NCBI GenBank assembly: GCA_918797485.1
Contig: CAKKNE010000005.1
Span: forward strand, 4,774,001-4,838,000
Source: Pelagomonas calceolata
Lineage: Eukaryota
DNA length: 64,000 nt
Reading direction: 5' to 3'
Shown: piece by piece, positions 53,349 to 63,667 of the stretch
Layout: each line of letters begins with the position of its first letter
Numbering within the stretch: the first letter of the stretch is position 1
Notes under the pieces: model-generated
Databases searched by the model: none
What the model saw: only the letters and a program-made list of their open reading frames with translations
Told to the model about the DNA's origin: nothing
Translations under genes and position numbers: made by a program

Positions 53349-54296
53349 TCAGAACTTAATCACCTGGTCCTTCGAGTACCCGAGGTCCCGCAAAATGCCC
53401 GTCAGCTCGGGGTCGTCGCGCGGCCCGCAGAGCGACTCGTACATGGCCGGCGGCCCGCAGACGAAGATGAGGACGTCCGGGACGGGCGGCGGCAGGAAGG
53501 CTTTGAGTGTTCGCGCGTCGAGGCGGCCGCGCCGCCCGGCCCACGCGGACGACGCCGGTTCGCGCGTGAGCGTCGTGATGGCGCGCAGGCGGCCCTTGGA
53601 CGCCGCCGCCCACGCGTCGAAGGCCTCGACGGCCAGCGCGTCGGCCCGCGTTCTATGAGACGCGAGCAGCGTCACCTCCGTCTTGTCCTCGGGCGTGCCG
53701 AGGATCGCGTGGAGCGCCTGCACGAAGGGCGTCACGCCCGAGCCGCCGGCGATCATTCCGATGCGCGTCGCGGGGAACGGGTACTGGATCTTCACGTTCT
53801 TCGGGATGTGCTTAAAGTTCACACTACTCCCAATGGGTATCGTGGCCAGGTGCTTCGAGAGGGCGCCCTCGGGGTAGACCTTGACGAGCAGTTCAAAGGC
53901 GCCGCTCAGGGCGTTCGTGGATACGGGCGTGTAGGGCCGGACGACGCCCGCCCCTTGCGCCAGCAGACAGGCACACGTCGAGAGCCCGAGACTCCGCCCG
54001 TCGGCGAGGCCGAAGCGCAGCAGCACGGCGTCGTCCGAGACCTTTTTTCTGTCGACCAAAGGCGCGGGTGACCAGTCCTCCCCGAACGCGCACTCGCCAG
54101 GAGGGGCTAGAGCAGCAATTGGCGGCCCGGGCTGGAACGTGTGCGCGGAGCTTGCGCTGCCGGGGCTCTGGCCGCTCAGGGCGAAGATCACGAGCACTAA
54201 TACTGCGCCCGCGGCCAGCAGTGTCTTCGAGATGCGTGTGCCGCCGCCGTTCTTATAGGCCTGGAACTCTTGGGCCATCACTTCGAGCGGCTGCAT
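53349..54296 (-). CDS. NADH-cytochrome b5 reductase
   Basis: VRPYTPVS, LLVKVYPEG, GMIAGGSGVTP, FVCGPPAM, C-terminal KF; N-terminal TM helix. Confidence 0.92.
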   Translation of the reverse strand: MQPLEVMAQEFQAYKNGGGTRISKTLLAAGAVLVLVIFALSGQSPGSASSAHTFQPGPPIAALAPPGECAFGEDWSPAPLVDRKKVSDDAVLLRFGLADGRSLGLSTCACLLAQGAGVVRPYTPVSTNALSGAFELLVKVYPEGALSKHLATIPIGSSVNFKHIPKNVKIQYPFPATRIGMIAGGSGVTPFVQALHAILGTPEDKTEVTLLASHRTRADALAVEAFDAWAAASKGRLRAITTLTREPASSAWAGRRGRLDARTLKAFLPPPVPDVLIFVCGPPAMYESLCGPRDDPELTGILRDLGYSKDQVIKF

Positions 54297-54465
54297 TCAA
54301 TGCTAAAAGTGGTCTGCTTGTTGTGTTTGGCGTGTTTGGCGCAGCTGTGGGATTCAACGCTTTGCGGCGCGTCGACGGCGTTAAAAGCTGTGCGAATCGC
54401 TCCTGCGCGTCGTCCCTGGTCCAATCTCTTGGCGTAAAGAGCGGTAAAGCTCGCGCCGCCGCGGG

Positions 54466-54487
54466 CTAGCGGCCTGTAACACACTAG
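54466..54487 (+). promoter_or_regulatory. CTAG-dyad motif copy
   Basis: ctagcggcctgtaacacactag, 170 bp upstream of the minus-strand ATG at 54296. Confidence 0.7.
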
Positions 54488-54552
54488 CAAACGAGACGCG
54501 TTGAAATTCAAGCCGTCGTCGACCTTGTCGCGCGGAGATTAGTGTAGAGAAA

Positions 54553-56256
54553 TTACTCAGGCGACGGCGGCGGCCGCTGCGACGCCGACGCCGGCGTCGG
54601 CGGCGGCCCCGGCGACGGGAGCGGCGACAGCGGCGCGGCGTCGTTGGGCGCCAGGGTCCGCAGCAAGCGCATCGTCGGCGGGTCGCCGGTCGACTCGATC
54701 CGCCGCGTCTCTACCATAGATCCGCGCAGCCGCGGGTCCGTGGTCGTCACGACGACGACGCGCGCGACGACGGGCCCCTCGGTCCCCTGGGGCACGACGT
54801 CCACCACAAACGAGTCGACGTTCGGCGCCTGCTGCCGCTTCTTCGCGGCGACGTGGCCGCCGCCCGCGACGACTACCTCCGGCGGCGGCTGGTTCTCCTC
54901 GCCCGACGCGCGTAGCTGCAGGAGCTTCTCTACGCGCCTTCCAACGGTCCCTTCCGGGCGCAGCGCGTGGACCACGAGCTCGACCGGCGCCGTGGAAGAC
55001 GGCGCGTCGGGCGGTTTGATCGGCGCGGCCGGCTCCGTGTCGAGCTCGTCGGGCCGGTGGACGCGGCCGAGGCGCGTCACGAGCTCGAGGATGCGCTCCG
55101 ACGACGCGTCGTCGCCCTCGAAGCGCAGCGCCGCCGCGTCGATGGCCGGCGGCTCCAGGGGCCCCGCGTACAAACGCTTCCGGAGGTCGTCGAGGCGCCG
55201 CGCGACGGCCGCCGTCACGCTTAGATATTGAGCGTCCCGGTTCGCGAGGCGGTCGCGCGCCGCGCCGCCCACGGCCCGGGCCACCCTCACGTCGCGCTGG
55301 TCCGCGATGAGCGCCTGGCGCCTGCTGTCCAAATCCAGGCCCACGCCATTCGCGTAGTCGTCCACGAGCTTCTTCAGGGACGCCTCGCGCTCCGCGATCG
55401 TCAGCCGGAAGGCATCAAAAGCGTTCGTGATGGCCTCGCGCGCGTCGCGCGCCGCCTCGTCGACGCGCTCGGACGCCTCGTCGGTCTTCGCGAGGGCCCG
55501 CGCCACGTCCCCCTCCATATCAACACAATTCCCGTCCATCTTCTCCGCGTTGGCCCGCAGCGCGCCCGCCGCGGCGGGCACGGGCGTCCACGTCGCCGCG
55601 CGGCCCAGCACCCGGCACACGTGCGGGCCGGTCGACGCGCAGTCGCGGCACGCCAGCTGGCAGCAGTGCGCGCAGAAGAAGCGCACCTCCTCCGTCGGAT
55701 GCAGCGCGCAGCTCACCGCGATTTGGGGCGGCTCCGCGTCGGCGCCCGGCGGCCGCGGCGTCTCGGAGTCGTAGCCGCCATAATCGCTCGCGTCCGTGCC
55801 GGTCTGCGGGCGCTGCAGGTCCACGACGGCGTGCTCCTGCGTCCGCCGCGACCGCGCGTGGTTCGTCCGGTGGAAACTGCACAGCCCAATGCCGCACGTC
55901 TCGCACCAGCTCGCCGCCGGCTCGTCCTCGGCGCACTCGTCGCAGTTGTAGGCGCCCGCGCGCTGGGCCGCCCTTCTACAGACGTCGACGGCCGACCAGT
56001 CCACGGATAGTTTCGAGATGGCGTGGACACTTTCCACATTCGTCCGCGCCTGGCAGACGTGGCAGGCGTAGGTGCCTCTCCTTTCGCGCGCGTCGTGCAA
56101 GCAGGCCTCGCAGACCGTGTGCAGGCAGCTCAGCAGCCGCGGGCACCGCGCGAAGAGCCGGTCCTCGTCCGAGTGGTGCGCCCGCGGCCAGTCGAACTCG
56201 CCCGCGCAGACCTGGCAGAGGGGCCAGCGGCCGCGGGCCGTCTCGGGCGTCTCCAT
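54553..56256 (-). CDS. TRIM/RBCC-like protein (RING, B-box1, B-box2, coiled coil)
   Basis: CQVC...PRLLSCLHTVCEAC...CHVC; CDEC...CETC..LCSFH..H...H; CALH...FFCAHCCQLACRDC...H; coiled coil. Confidence 0.85.
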   Translation of the reverse strand: METPETARGRWPLCQVCAGEFDWPRAHHSDEDRLFARCPRLLSCLHTVCEACLHDARERRGTYACHVCQARTNVESVHAISKLSVDWSAVDVCRRAAQRAGAYNCDECAEDEPAASWCETCGIGLCSFHRTNHARSRRTQEHAVVDLQRPQTGTDASDYGGYDSETPRPPGADAEPPQIAVSCALHPTEEVRFFCAHCCQLACRDCASTGPHVCRVLGRAATWTPVPAAAGALRANAEKMDGNCVDMEGDVARALAKTDEASERVDEAARDAREAITNAFDAFRLTIAEREASLKKLVDDYANGVGLDLDSRRQALIADQRDVRVARAVGGAARDRLANRDAQYLSVTAAVARRLDDLRKRLYAGPLEPPAIDAAALRFEGDDASSERILELVTRLGRVHRPDELDTEPAAPIKPPDAPSSTAPVELVVHALRPEGTVGRRVEKLLQLRASGEENQPPPEVVVAGGGHVAAKKRQQAPNVDSFVVDVVPQGTEGPVVARVVVVTTTDPRLRGSMVETRRIESTGDPPTMRLLRTLAPNDAAPLSPLPSPGPPPTPASASQRPPPSPE

Positions 56257-56569
56257 TTTTGTTTGTTGTGGCTTCGGGGCTGTCTCACCGATGCAACGCC
56301 TCGTCGGGCAGCCTCGTTGGGCAGCCTCTACCTTCGGGGCTGGCTCACCGGTGCCGGTGCACGCGGCGTATGCAACCCTCGATCGTTGCGGCGCAGGTGC
56401 TGCGGACGGCAACGCCTGCTCGGGCGCGACGATGTAAGCGCCGGCGTTTTTGCGCCGGCAAACTGGCCCCGCTGCGCGCAGCCGAGGGGAGCGCACTTTC
56501 ACCCATCGCGAGGGCTGTTGTATCGCATATCGGCTCCCTGTATGGTTGGGAAGCGTACACGTTCATGCG

Positions 56570-56589
56570 CTAGCGGCGTGAGACACTAG
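56570..56589 (+). promoter_or_regulatory. CTAG-dyad motif copy
   Basis: Identical over 28 nt to 40167-40194; lies between divergent genes. Confidence 0.75.
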
Positions 56590-56811
56590 CAAGCCATTGG
56601 CGGCATCGACGCGGCGGCTGTATCGCCGGCACGCACGCATTTGTCGGATAGTGCAGGCACCGCTGCGACGCACTCTCATTGCGCCAAGTAGCTGGTGTCA
56701 GGCAAGCCGCGCGTGCAGTGCAGCCTAGCACAAAATCCTCCTTAGCAGCAGGGAGAGGGCGGCGCGCCTTTAAACCGCCAGCCGTGCGCGCGTAGGAGCG
56801 CCACAAAAAAA

Positions 56812-58983
56812 ATGAAGAAGCGCGACCGGCCCAAGTCCGGCGGCGGCCGCGCGCCGCGGCCCGCCGCGCCCAAGCGCACGTCCTCGCAGACCTTCGCGGC
56901 GGACCAGGCCGAGGCCCCCTCCACGCCCTTCGCCTACGCCTTCCTCAAGGGCCAGAACCGCAACCTCTGGCAGAGCCACGCCCAGTACAAGCGCGAGGCG
57001 CGGTCCGAGCGCAAGGCCCGCGAGCGTGCCGAGAAGGAAGCAAAGGCATCGACGGAGCGCGCGCAGCGCTTCGACGCGGCCTTCCGGTCGCTCGACGTCG
57101 ATCTGGCCGCGACGCTACGAGCCATCGGCGAGGCGCCCATGGACATCGCGGGCGACGACCCCGAATCAAGGTCGAAGCGGTGCCAGGCCGCCGCCGCGGC
57201 TCTCACGAAGTGCTGGGCCACGGTCTCCAAAAAACTGCCGGCCGGCGACGCCGCGAAGCTCCAGAAAGCTTTACAAGCTGCCGAGCAGGCCGCTTCTGTA
57301 AATGAGCAGCGGGCGGCGGAGGCGTCGTCGAACGTCGAGCGCCTCGAGTCCGCCGTCGCCGATTTAAGGAAGCAGCGCGACGCGGCGCAGAAGCGCGCCG
57401 ACGACGTGGAACGGGAGCGCGAGATCACGCCCGAGGAGGTGCGCCAGGCGAAAAAGGCCGAGGCCGACGAGGCGCGCGCGCGGGGCGACAGCGACGTGCG
57501 CGAGGCGAAGCGCGCGAAGACCGAGCCCGCCGCTTCGGATCCCGACGCCCAGAAGGCCTTGGAAACGCAGAAGAAGCGCGTCGCGCAGCTCGAGGACCAG
57601 CTCGGGACCGCGACCGAGGAGAAATTGTTTGCGAAGAGCGCCGCGGACGCCGCGACGACGGCCCACGCCGCGCTACTGGCCCAGAAGGCGCGCGCCGTCG
57701 CTACTGCGCGCAGCGAGGACCCCGAGACGCGGGCCAAGGCCCTGCGGCTGGAGGGCGAGCTCCGGACGGCGACGGCGAAGCTCGACGCGGCCGTCGCGAA
57801 GCGCGACGCGGCCCAGAAGCGCGCGGACGGCTGCCTCGCGCGGCTCGCGGCGGCGGAGGCGTTGGGCAGGGACGCCGCCGCGAAGGGCCTCGCGGACTGG
57901 CAGACGCGTTTGGACGCCGCGCGGACCGCCCGAAAAAAGTCCGAGGCCGCGTGCAAGCAGGCCACGGACGCGTCGCGGGCCCTCGAGGCCGCCTGCGCGG
58001 CGCTACGCGGCGCCGCGCAGACCGCCCATCAGTTGGTCGAGGAGGAGCGGCGGCTGCGCAAGGGCGCCGAGGACCAGGTCAAGCGCTTGGCCGCGCGGGC
58101 CCAGGCCGCCGCGAAGCCGGAGGAGGGCGAGGCTTCTGAGGATGCGCGGGGCGTCGACGAGCTGCGGAGCGCTTTAGCTGATGCGGAGGCCATGAACGCG
58201 GCGCTCCTCGAGGACGTCGACGCGACGGCCGTTGCATTAGATGAGCTGCGGGCGCAGAACGCGTCGCTCATCGAGGGGAGCTCGGCCCACGACGCGGCCT
58301 GGCGCGCGTCCCTGCAGCAGGCGACGACGCAGCAGGCCGAGTGCCGCCAGGCGACGGCGGAGCGCGACGCCGTGCAGAAGCAGCTCGACGCGACGCGTTA
58401 TGTGATTGCGGAGATGAAGGCCCTCGTCGAGGCCAAGGACGGCCGGACGACGACTTTGGAATCGAACGGCGAGGACGCGGCGCGGCGGCTCGAGGCGCGG
58501 GAAGCAGAAGTTGTGGAATTGAAGGGTATCGCCGAGGGCGCGGAGATGCGGGCCGCGGCCGCGACGAAGGACCGCGACGCCATGAAGGCGCGGCTCGAGA
58601 CGGTCGACGGCGACTTATCTGGACGGTTGGCGGACGCGGAGCGACGGGTCTTGGGGGAGAAGGAGCGCGCGGGCCGCGCCGAGCGCCAAAATACGAAGCT
58701 GCAGGGCGCGCTCGACGCGGCGCAGCGCGACGTCAAGCGCCTCCGGGCGCACGCGGCGCAAGCCGGCGACGACATCGACAAGTCGCTGCTGCGCGAGGCC
58801 CAGGCGAAGCTGCGGTGCAGCGTCTGCGACGACCGCGAGAAGACGACGTGCCTGATCCGATGCATGCACACATTCTGCCGCGAGTGCGTCCAGAAGAACA
58901 TCGACAACCGGTCGCGCAAGTGCCCGGCCTGCGGCGAGCGGTTCGGCAAGGACGACGTGAAGGACATCTACCTCGTGACCTAG
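56812..58983 (+). CDS. BRE1: BRE1-like RING E3 ubiquitin ligase (long coiled coil + C-terminal C3HC4 RING)
   Basis: LRCSVCDDREKTTCLIRCMHTFCRECVQKNIDNRSRKCPACGERFGKDDVKDIYL. Confidence 0.8.
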   Translation: MKKRDRPKSGGGRAPRPAAPKRTSSQTFAADQAEAPSTPFAYAFLKGQNRNLWQSHAQYKREARSERKARERAEKEAKASTERAQRFDAAFRSLDVDLAATLRAIGEAPMDIAGDDPESRSKRCQAAAAALTKCWATVSKKLPAGDAAKLQKALQAAEQAASVNEQRAAEASSNVERLESAVADLRKQRDAAQKRADDVEREREITPEEVRQAKKAEADEARARGDSDVREAKRAKTEPAASDPDAQKALETQKKRVAQLEDQLGTATEEKLFAKSAADAATTAHAALLAQKARAVATARSEDPETRAKALRLEGELRTATAKLDAAVAKRDAAQKRADGCLARLAAAEALGRDAAAKGLADWQTRLDAARTARKKSEAACKQATDASRALEAACAALRGAAQTAHQLVEEERRLRKGAEDQVKRLAARAQAAAKPEEGEASEDARGVDELRSALADAEAMNAALLEDVDATAVALDELRAQNASLIEGSSAHDAAWRASLQQATTQQAECRQATAERDAVQKQLDATRYVIAEMKALVEAKDGRTTTLESNGEDAARRLEAREAEVVELKGIAEGAEMRAAAATKDRDAMKARLETVDGDLSGRLADAERRVLGEKERAGRAERQNTKLQGALDAAQRDVKRLRAHAAQAGDDIDKSLLREAQAKLRCSVCDDREKTTCLIRCMHTFCRECVQKNIDNRSRKCPACGERFGKDDVKDIYLVT

Positions 58984-59326
58984 GGGTTTCTTTTCGGTGA
59001 CTTAAGTATCCTTGCCGAGTAGTAGCTAGTTACTCGGTTTTTGGGGACGCTAGCCTAGTCCCGGGGGGATGGACGCACTAGAACCAGGCCTCTAAAGGTC
59101 CGAAGTATCATTGCCGGACCAGTGTAAAACCCGTTTTGGCACTTGTTGGCCTCGACGACGCGCGCGCTTCGGCGGCCCTACAGACGTTGCAACAACACGC
59201 AGCGCCCCCGAGGGCATCACATTGATCAGCCGAGCTCTTGTTTTCATCGTTTTCCAGCGCTACGACGCGTTGTCCAGCCGAAGCGCTGTGCCTCTCACCC
59301 TCAGTCCTCATCGCAATGTCGTCGTG

Positions 59327-60709
59327 ATGCGTCGACGCACGCGCCGTCGGCGCAGCCGAGAACTGATCTTACTGTGCTTGTTCATCGCGTTTGGTCTGTT
59401 GCTGCACCTGTGCCTCCCTGGGCCGCCGCCGCCGCAGCACGCCTTCGCCGCGACTCCCCAGCACTGGCGCAGCGAGGTGGAGCGAGCGCACGCCGCCGCG
59501 GCGGTGGCGCGGAGGCCGGCTGCCGTACCCGAGGAGTCGATTACGTATGGTGCGCCCCGGCCGGACGCGCCGGCTGGCCCGATGGAACTCTTCACCGCGT
59601 CGGGTCGATTATTCCCGGTCGTCGTCATCGCCTGCGACCGGACGGAGACGCTCCGCAACGCGCTCACGTCTCTCATGGCCGCGGGCGCCTCGGCCCAAGA
59701 CATCCTCGTGGCCCAGGACGGCGCGAACAGCGCCGTCGCGGCCGTCGTCGCTGAGTTCGGCGTCTCACACAAGGCGAAGCGACCGCCTCTGGTGCCGCTC
59801 GACGGCGCCCAACACATTGCAAGAACATACAAGTTCGCGCTCACGCGCGCGTTCGAGGACGTGTTCCCGGGCGCGCCCGCCGTGATCGTCGTCGAGGACG
59901 ACCTAGTCGTCTCGAAAGACTTTTTTGACTACTTTTCTGCAGTGGCGCCGGCGTTGGAGCGCGACGACTCGTTATTCGTCGCCAGCGCGTGGAACGACAA
60001 CGGCTTTGCCAAGCACGGAGACCCGGGTGCCCTGCGGCGGACGGGGTGGTTCCCCGGGCTCGGCTGGCTGCTGCCGCGCAAGCTGTGGGAGACGGAGCTC
60101 CACCCGCAGTGGCCGGATGGCCACTGGGACCACTGGATGCGCAGCGACGACGTCGCTAAAGGCCGGGAGTGCGTCTACCCGGTCGTGAACCGGGCCTCGC
60201 ACGAGTCCGAATACGGGACCTTCCTCGACTCGTGGCACGACAAGCGCTACTTCAAGCCGATCGTGCGCCAGCGAAGCCGTTTTGACTGGCCGAGCGACGC
60301 GTGGCGTAGCGTGCTGCGCGACGTCTACGAGGACCGCGTCCGGGGGCTGCTGGCTGCTGCCGAGCACGTTTCGGACGTCAACGCCGCGGTGGTCGGTTCT
60401 GCGCTCGCGACGACGACGCCATTGGCTCTTTGGTTTGATTTTGAAGAAAATGACGACGCCCCGCCGGGCGCCGCGGACGCGTGGGCGCCGCCGCCATTTG
60501 TATGCGTGTCGGAGCCGTTCGACCTGTGGCACGAGAGTCGACGCGGCGATCATCGTGGCGTCCACGAGGTGGTCGGCGTCGCGGGCCGGCCCGTGCTGTT
60601 GGTCAAGGCCCCCGTCGCGTACGATTCTCTCAGGCCGGACGGCTTGACGCCGCTCGCGCGGGCCGAGTGCCCGAGTGTGACCTGGGAGGACCTCGGCAAA
60701 GAAGGCTAG
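59327..60709 (+). CDS. GNT-I family (GT13) N-acetylglucosaminyltransferase
   Basis: Type II TM; VVVIACDR, QDG, IARTYKFAL, VEDDL, SAWNDNG, RTGWFPGLGW, WDHWMR. Confidence 0.9.
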   Translation: MRRRTRRRRSRELILLCLFIAFGLLLHLCLPGPPPPQHAFAATPQHWRSEVERAHAAAAVARRPAAVPEESITYGAPRPDAPAGPMELFTASGRLFPVVVIACDRTETLRNALTSLMAAGASAQDILVAQDGANSAVAAVVAEFGVSHKAKRPPLVPLDGAQHIARTYKFALTRAFEDVFPGAPAVIVVEDDLVVSKDFFDYFSAVAPALERDDSLFVASAWNDNGFAKHGDPGALRRTGWFPGLGWLLPRKLWETELHPQWPDGHWDHWMRSDDVAKGRECVYPVVNRASHESEYGTFLDSWHDKRYFKPIVRQRSRFDWPSDAWRSVLRDVYEDRVRGLLAAAEHVSDVNAAVVGSALATTTPLALWFDFEENDDAPPGAADAWAPPPFVCVSEPFDLWHESRRGDHRGVHEVVGVAGRPVLLVKAPVAYDSLRPDGLTPLARAECPSVTWEDLGKEG

Positions 60710-60745
60710 TGTGTTAGACAGTTGTTGTACTTAGTAGCCACGTCT

Positions 60746-61072
60746 TCACGCCGCCTTCCAGCCGCTGACGTGCGCCCGCGGCTCGTACTCGCCCTTTTGG
60801 CCCGTCGACCAGGACAGGTTGAGCCAGCGGTCCGAGATCTTGCCCTGCAGGTAGTCGCAGTAGGTCTCGTGCGGCGCCGGCGGCATCGGAATCTTCGCGT
60901 AGGTGTCGCCCTGGCCCTTGCGGTCCTTGCGCCAGTCGCGCTCGCCGCCCGTGCTCGGGAGGTACTTGAACGAGGCCCGCAGCGCGTGGGCCTCGGCGTC
61001 AAAGGTTATTTTGGTGCGTAGCGGGTCCGGTGCGCCGGCGGCGGGGAGCTCTGTCTTGACGCTCGGCGCCAT
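60746..61072 (-). CDS. Small hypothetical protein (108 aa)
   Basis: ATG 61072, GC3-rich codons, converges on the GNT-I gene. Confidence 0.6.
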   Translation of the reverse strand: MAPSVKTELPAAGAPDPLRTKITFDAEAHALRASFKYLPSTGGERDWRKDRKGQGDTYAKIPMPPAPHETYCDYLQGKISDRWLNLSWSTGQKGEYEPRAHVSGWKAA

Positions 61073-61126
61073 CTTGGTCGCGGACGCGGCTCGGCTCGCT
61101 TGGTCGCGGACGCGGCTCGGCTCGCT
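61073..61126. repeat. Perfect 26-nt tandem duplication in a 5' UTR
   Basis: tggtcgcggacgcggctcggctcgct twice. Confidence 0.9.
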
Positions 61127-61470
61127 CCGCGAATCGCGTTTTTTCACGAACGACTCAAGTACGCCAGCCGCTGTGGAGAGCTATGCTACGGCGGCGTTGT
61201 TCGTGCGCGAGATGCTTCCGTAGGACGTTTCTCGCCGCGTTTGTCGCGTTGTAGTCCGCAGTGCAGTCAAGCGGTCCTAGCGCAACCGCTACGCGTTACC
61301 TCGTTTCGCCCTGCTCGGTGAAGCTCGCCCGCAGCACTTGGTCTAACGTGTCGCGGCGCCTTGTCCCAGTTCCCCGCGCACTGGGAGAACGCTGGCTTCG
61401 TCGTGAGCAACGTTGCGATTAGCGGGAGCAGCCTAGCTGAAAGCCACTAGCAAACTGGACGGATACGATA

Positions 61471-62829
61471 TTACCCACCCTCCACAGAAAACAGCTGCTC
61501 GCACTCAGAAACCGACACGTTCCGCAAATCGAGATGTCCGTTGGGCAGCGCGCGGCCGTACGGGTCCCGCCACGGCCGCGCGCCGCGCACCTCGAGCAGG
61601 TCCAGTTGGTCACAGTCCGCGAGCTTCCGCCGGTCGTGGTCGAGGACGGGTCCGAGCGCGAAGTGGCGCCGGAAGTGATTTACGACACTCGCAAAGTACC
61701 TCGCGAGGCAGTCCGCGCAGAGCAAGGAGTCGTGGACGGCCCGCGCCGCCGCCGCTAATGCTTCCGCGCGGCGCGGGTCCGCGTTCAGCCGCTCAATTAC
61801 CGACGGCGCGGAGCACGCGTCGACGACGAGGTGCGTGCGGCCCTCCTCTAAAGCGGGAAAGTAGAATTCGGTGTACGCCGCCGCCCAGAGCAAGACGACG
61901 GCCCCGCGCCGCCACAATCCATTCAGATTGCGGCTGTAGCTGCCCGTGAACGCGCCCGGCAGATGCAAGAGATACTTCGAGGACGCGAATTTGCGAGGCT
62001 CGACGTAGCCCCTCGCAATGGTCGCTGGCGCTCGGAACGCGCGCCGCATGGACTCCGTCGTCGACGCGTGCGGGAAGACGTCGCCGCCGTACGTCTTGGC
62101 GACGAGGCGCTCGCCGGCGGCGTCGCATTGGTCGGGGTCGCGCGGCGCGCAGCCGTTGACGTGGGGGCAGTAGGCGTCGAAGAGGTCCGGGCGCTCGACG
62201 CTCAGCGCGCAGGCCTCGAGGCGCGCGCGGTTGCCCGCGTCCTTGTCGCAGGGCCGCGAGCTGATGTTGCCCCGCCAGAGGGCCTTGCTCGACCGCGCCG
62301 CGAAGGGCACGACGTCCTCTGCCACGTCCCACGCGTCGAGGTCTGGCCCGAAGTAGGGGTTGGGCACGAGCGCGCCGCACTGCCGGTGGCCCCCGACCTT
62401 GGCGATGACCGCCGTCGGCACCGGGCGGCACGACGACCGCTTGACGCCGCGCGTGCCCGCAGAGAAGCGGTAGGCGACGTTGCCGAGGCGGACGCGCCTC
62501 GCGGCCGACGCGACGAACGCCGCGTGCGCCGCGTGCTTGCTCTTCGTCAGGAAAGCGCGGTCGACGAAGACGCGGTTCCGTAATATAAGCAGGAAGTCGT
62601 CCCTCGATTGCAAGACCGCCCGGAGCACGTCCGCCGCGGCGCCCGGCGCGGGCGCGTCCCGCCGGAGCGTCGCGGCGACCTCGCGCGCCGCGAGCGCCGT
62701 GGCGTTGGCCGTGGCGCGCTGGCCCGCCATGGCCGTGGCCGGGACCGGCGGGCAGTCCGTTGCGTAGCTCTGTGCGCCGAGGACGAGGCAGTACCACCAC
62801 ATTGTTGTGGTGCGGCCCGCAGCCCTCAT
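61471..62829 (-). CDS. Glycosyltransferase family 90 (CAP10 domain) protein
   Basis: PFAARSSKALWRG, SKYLLHLPG..GSYSRNL, YTEFYFPAL..GRTHL; alternative start at 62802. Confidence 0.75.
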   Translation of the reverse strand: MRAAGRTTTMWWYCLVLGAQSYATDCPPVPATAMAGQRATANATALAAREVAATLRRDAPAPGAAADVLRAVLQSRDDFLLILRNRVFVDRAFLTKSKHAAHAAFVASAARRVRLGNVAYRFSAGTRGVKRSSCRPVPTAVIAKVGGHRQCGALVPNPYFGPDLDAWDVAEDVVPFAARSSKALWRGNISSRPCDKDAGNRARLEACALSVERPDLFDAYCPHVNGCAPRDPDQCDAAGERLVAKTYGGDVFPHASTTESMRRAFRAPATIARGYVEPRKFASSKYLLHLPGAFTGSYSRNLNGLWRRGAVVLLWAAAYTEFYFPALEEGRTHLVVDACSAPSVIERLNADPRRAEALAAAARAVHDSLLCADCLARYFASVVNHFRRHFALGPVLDHDRRKLADCDQLDLLEVRGARPWRDPYGRALPNGHLDLRNVSVSECEQLFSVEGG

Positions 62830-63006
62830 CCTTCAACGGTGTGGGCCTCCGCGACAGCGTGGCCGCGGCGGCAGCTTCGCTAGTGAGGGGCAGCCCTCAT
62901 TTTTGCTGCCCTCTCCAGCTTTTTGCTCTGCTTTTTGTTTGAATGGCCGGCCCTAAAGCGCGGCTCCCAGACCAGGATTGCCCGCCCCAGGACGCACGGA
63001 TCAGTC

Positions 63007-63606
63007 ATGGCGGCCCTGGAAGCGCAGCAGCAGCAGCTCACCAGCGATGCCCCAGTGGAAGCTGCCGCGCCTCCTGAACTACCCTGGTGGATGCAAACTC
63101 CGTCCGTGCAGAGGCTGCTCGCAGAGTACGATTCCAAGACGGACGCGGAGCGGGCGGAGATCAAGCGGCGGGCCGAGGAAGCCGAGGAGGAGGCGTTCCA
63201 GCGAATCGCCGCCCGGACGACGCCAAACAAACCGACGGAAGAAGGCGCGCAGCTCCGGACCCTCGCCGCGGCGCGCTATGTGAGCCGCCTGGAGAGCGTC
63301 CACGACCACGTGCCGAAGCGCGAAGAATTGGAATTGTTCGCCGACTTGATCGGCAAGCTCGGCCTGCGCATCGACTACGACCGGTACGAGGTCGTGCGGC
63401 GCAAGGTGTTGGAGGCGGGCGGGACGCCCGGCTTCTGGGAGCAAGCGCAAAACGCGACGCGGTTCTTCAGCGTCCGGCCGCGGGCCGCGGACGGCACGGT
63501 CGCGGTCGCGGCGCTGCGGCAAGCGACGTTCGACGAGGCGGAGAGTCTATGCGTGCTCGCGTCGCGGGCGCGGAAACTTCCGGAAGGGGGTGTAAGTTCT
63601 TCTTGA
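63007..63606 (+). CDS. Hypothetical protein with weak resemblance to the PPP2R3C (PP2A B'' gamma) N-terminus
   Basis: ATG 63007; LRTLAAARY...EELELF...IDYDRY...FFS pattern; resemblance only. Confidence 0.5.
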   Translation: MAALEAQQQQLTSDAPVEAAAPPELPWWMQTPSVQRLLAEYDSKTDAERAEIKRRAEEAEEEAFQRIAARTTPNKPTEEGAQLRTLAAARYVSRLESVHDHVPKREELELFADLIGKLGLRIDYDRYEVVRRKVLEAGGTPGFWEQAQNATRFFSVRPRAADGTVAVAALRQATFDEAESLCVLASRARKLPEGGVSSS

Positions 63607-63626
63607 TTCATCTTGCGCTCTCAATT

Positions 63627-63653
63627 CACGGTGCTAGGACACGGTGCTAGGAC
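63627..63653. repeat. 13-nt tandem repeat containing CTAG
   Basis: cacggtgctagga twice. Confidence 0.85.
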
Positions 63654-63667
63654 TGCATTCTTGTGGC

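Noticed and set aside
45310..54296. Possible metabolic gene cluster (methyltransferase, BTA1, two OCDs, b5 reductase)
   Set aside because: No pathway I know links these genes; neighbours in this compact genome are generally unrelated.
59015..59042. Hairpin ccgagta/tactcgg followed by a T-run after BRE1, like a rho-independent terminator
   Set aside because: Eukaryotic Pol II context and a single occurrence; no support for function.
60706..60717. ctagtgtgttag half-match to the CTAG-dyad
   Set aside because: It overlaps the GNT-I stop codon between convergent genes and has no second CTAG; probably chance.
61433..61450. ctagctgaaagccactag, a possible dyad copy
   Set aside because: The spacer is only 10 nt and the GACAC core is absent; not counted, though it may be a degenerate copy.
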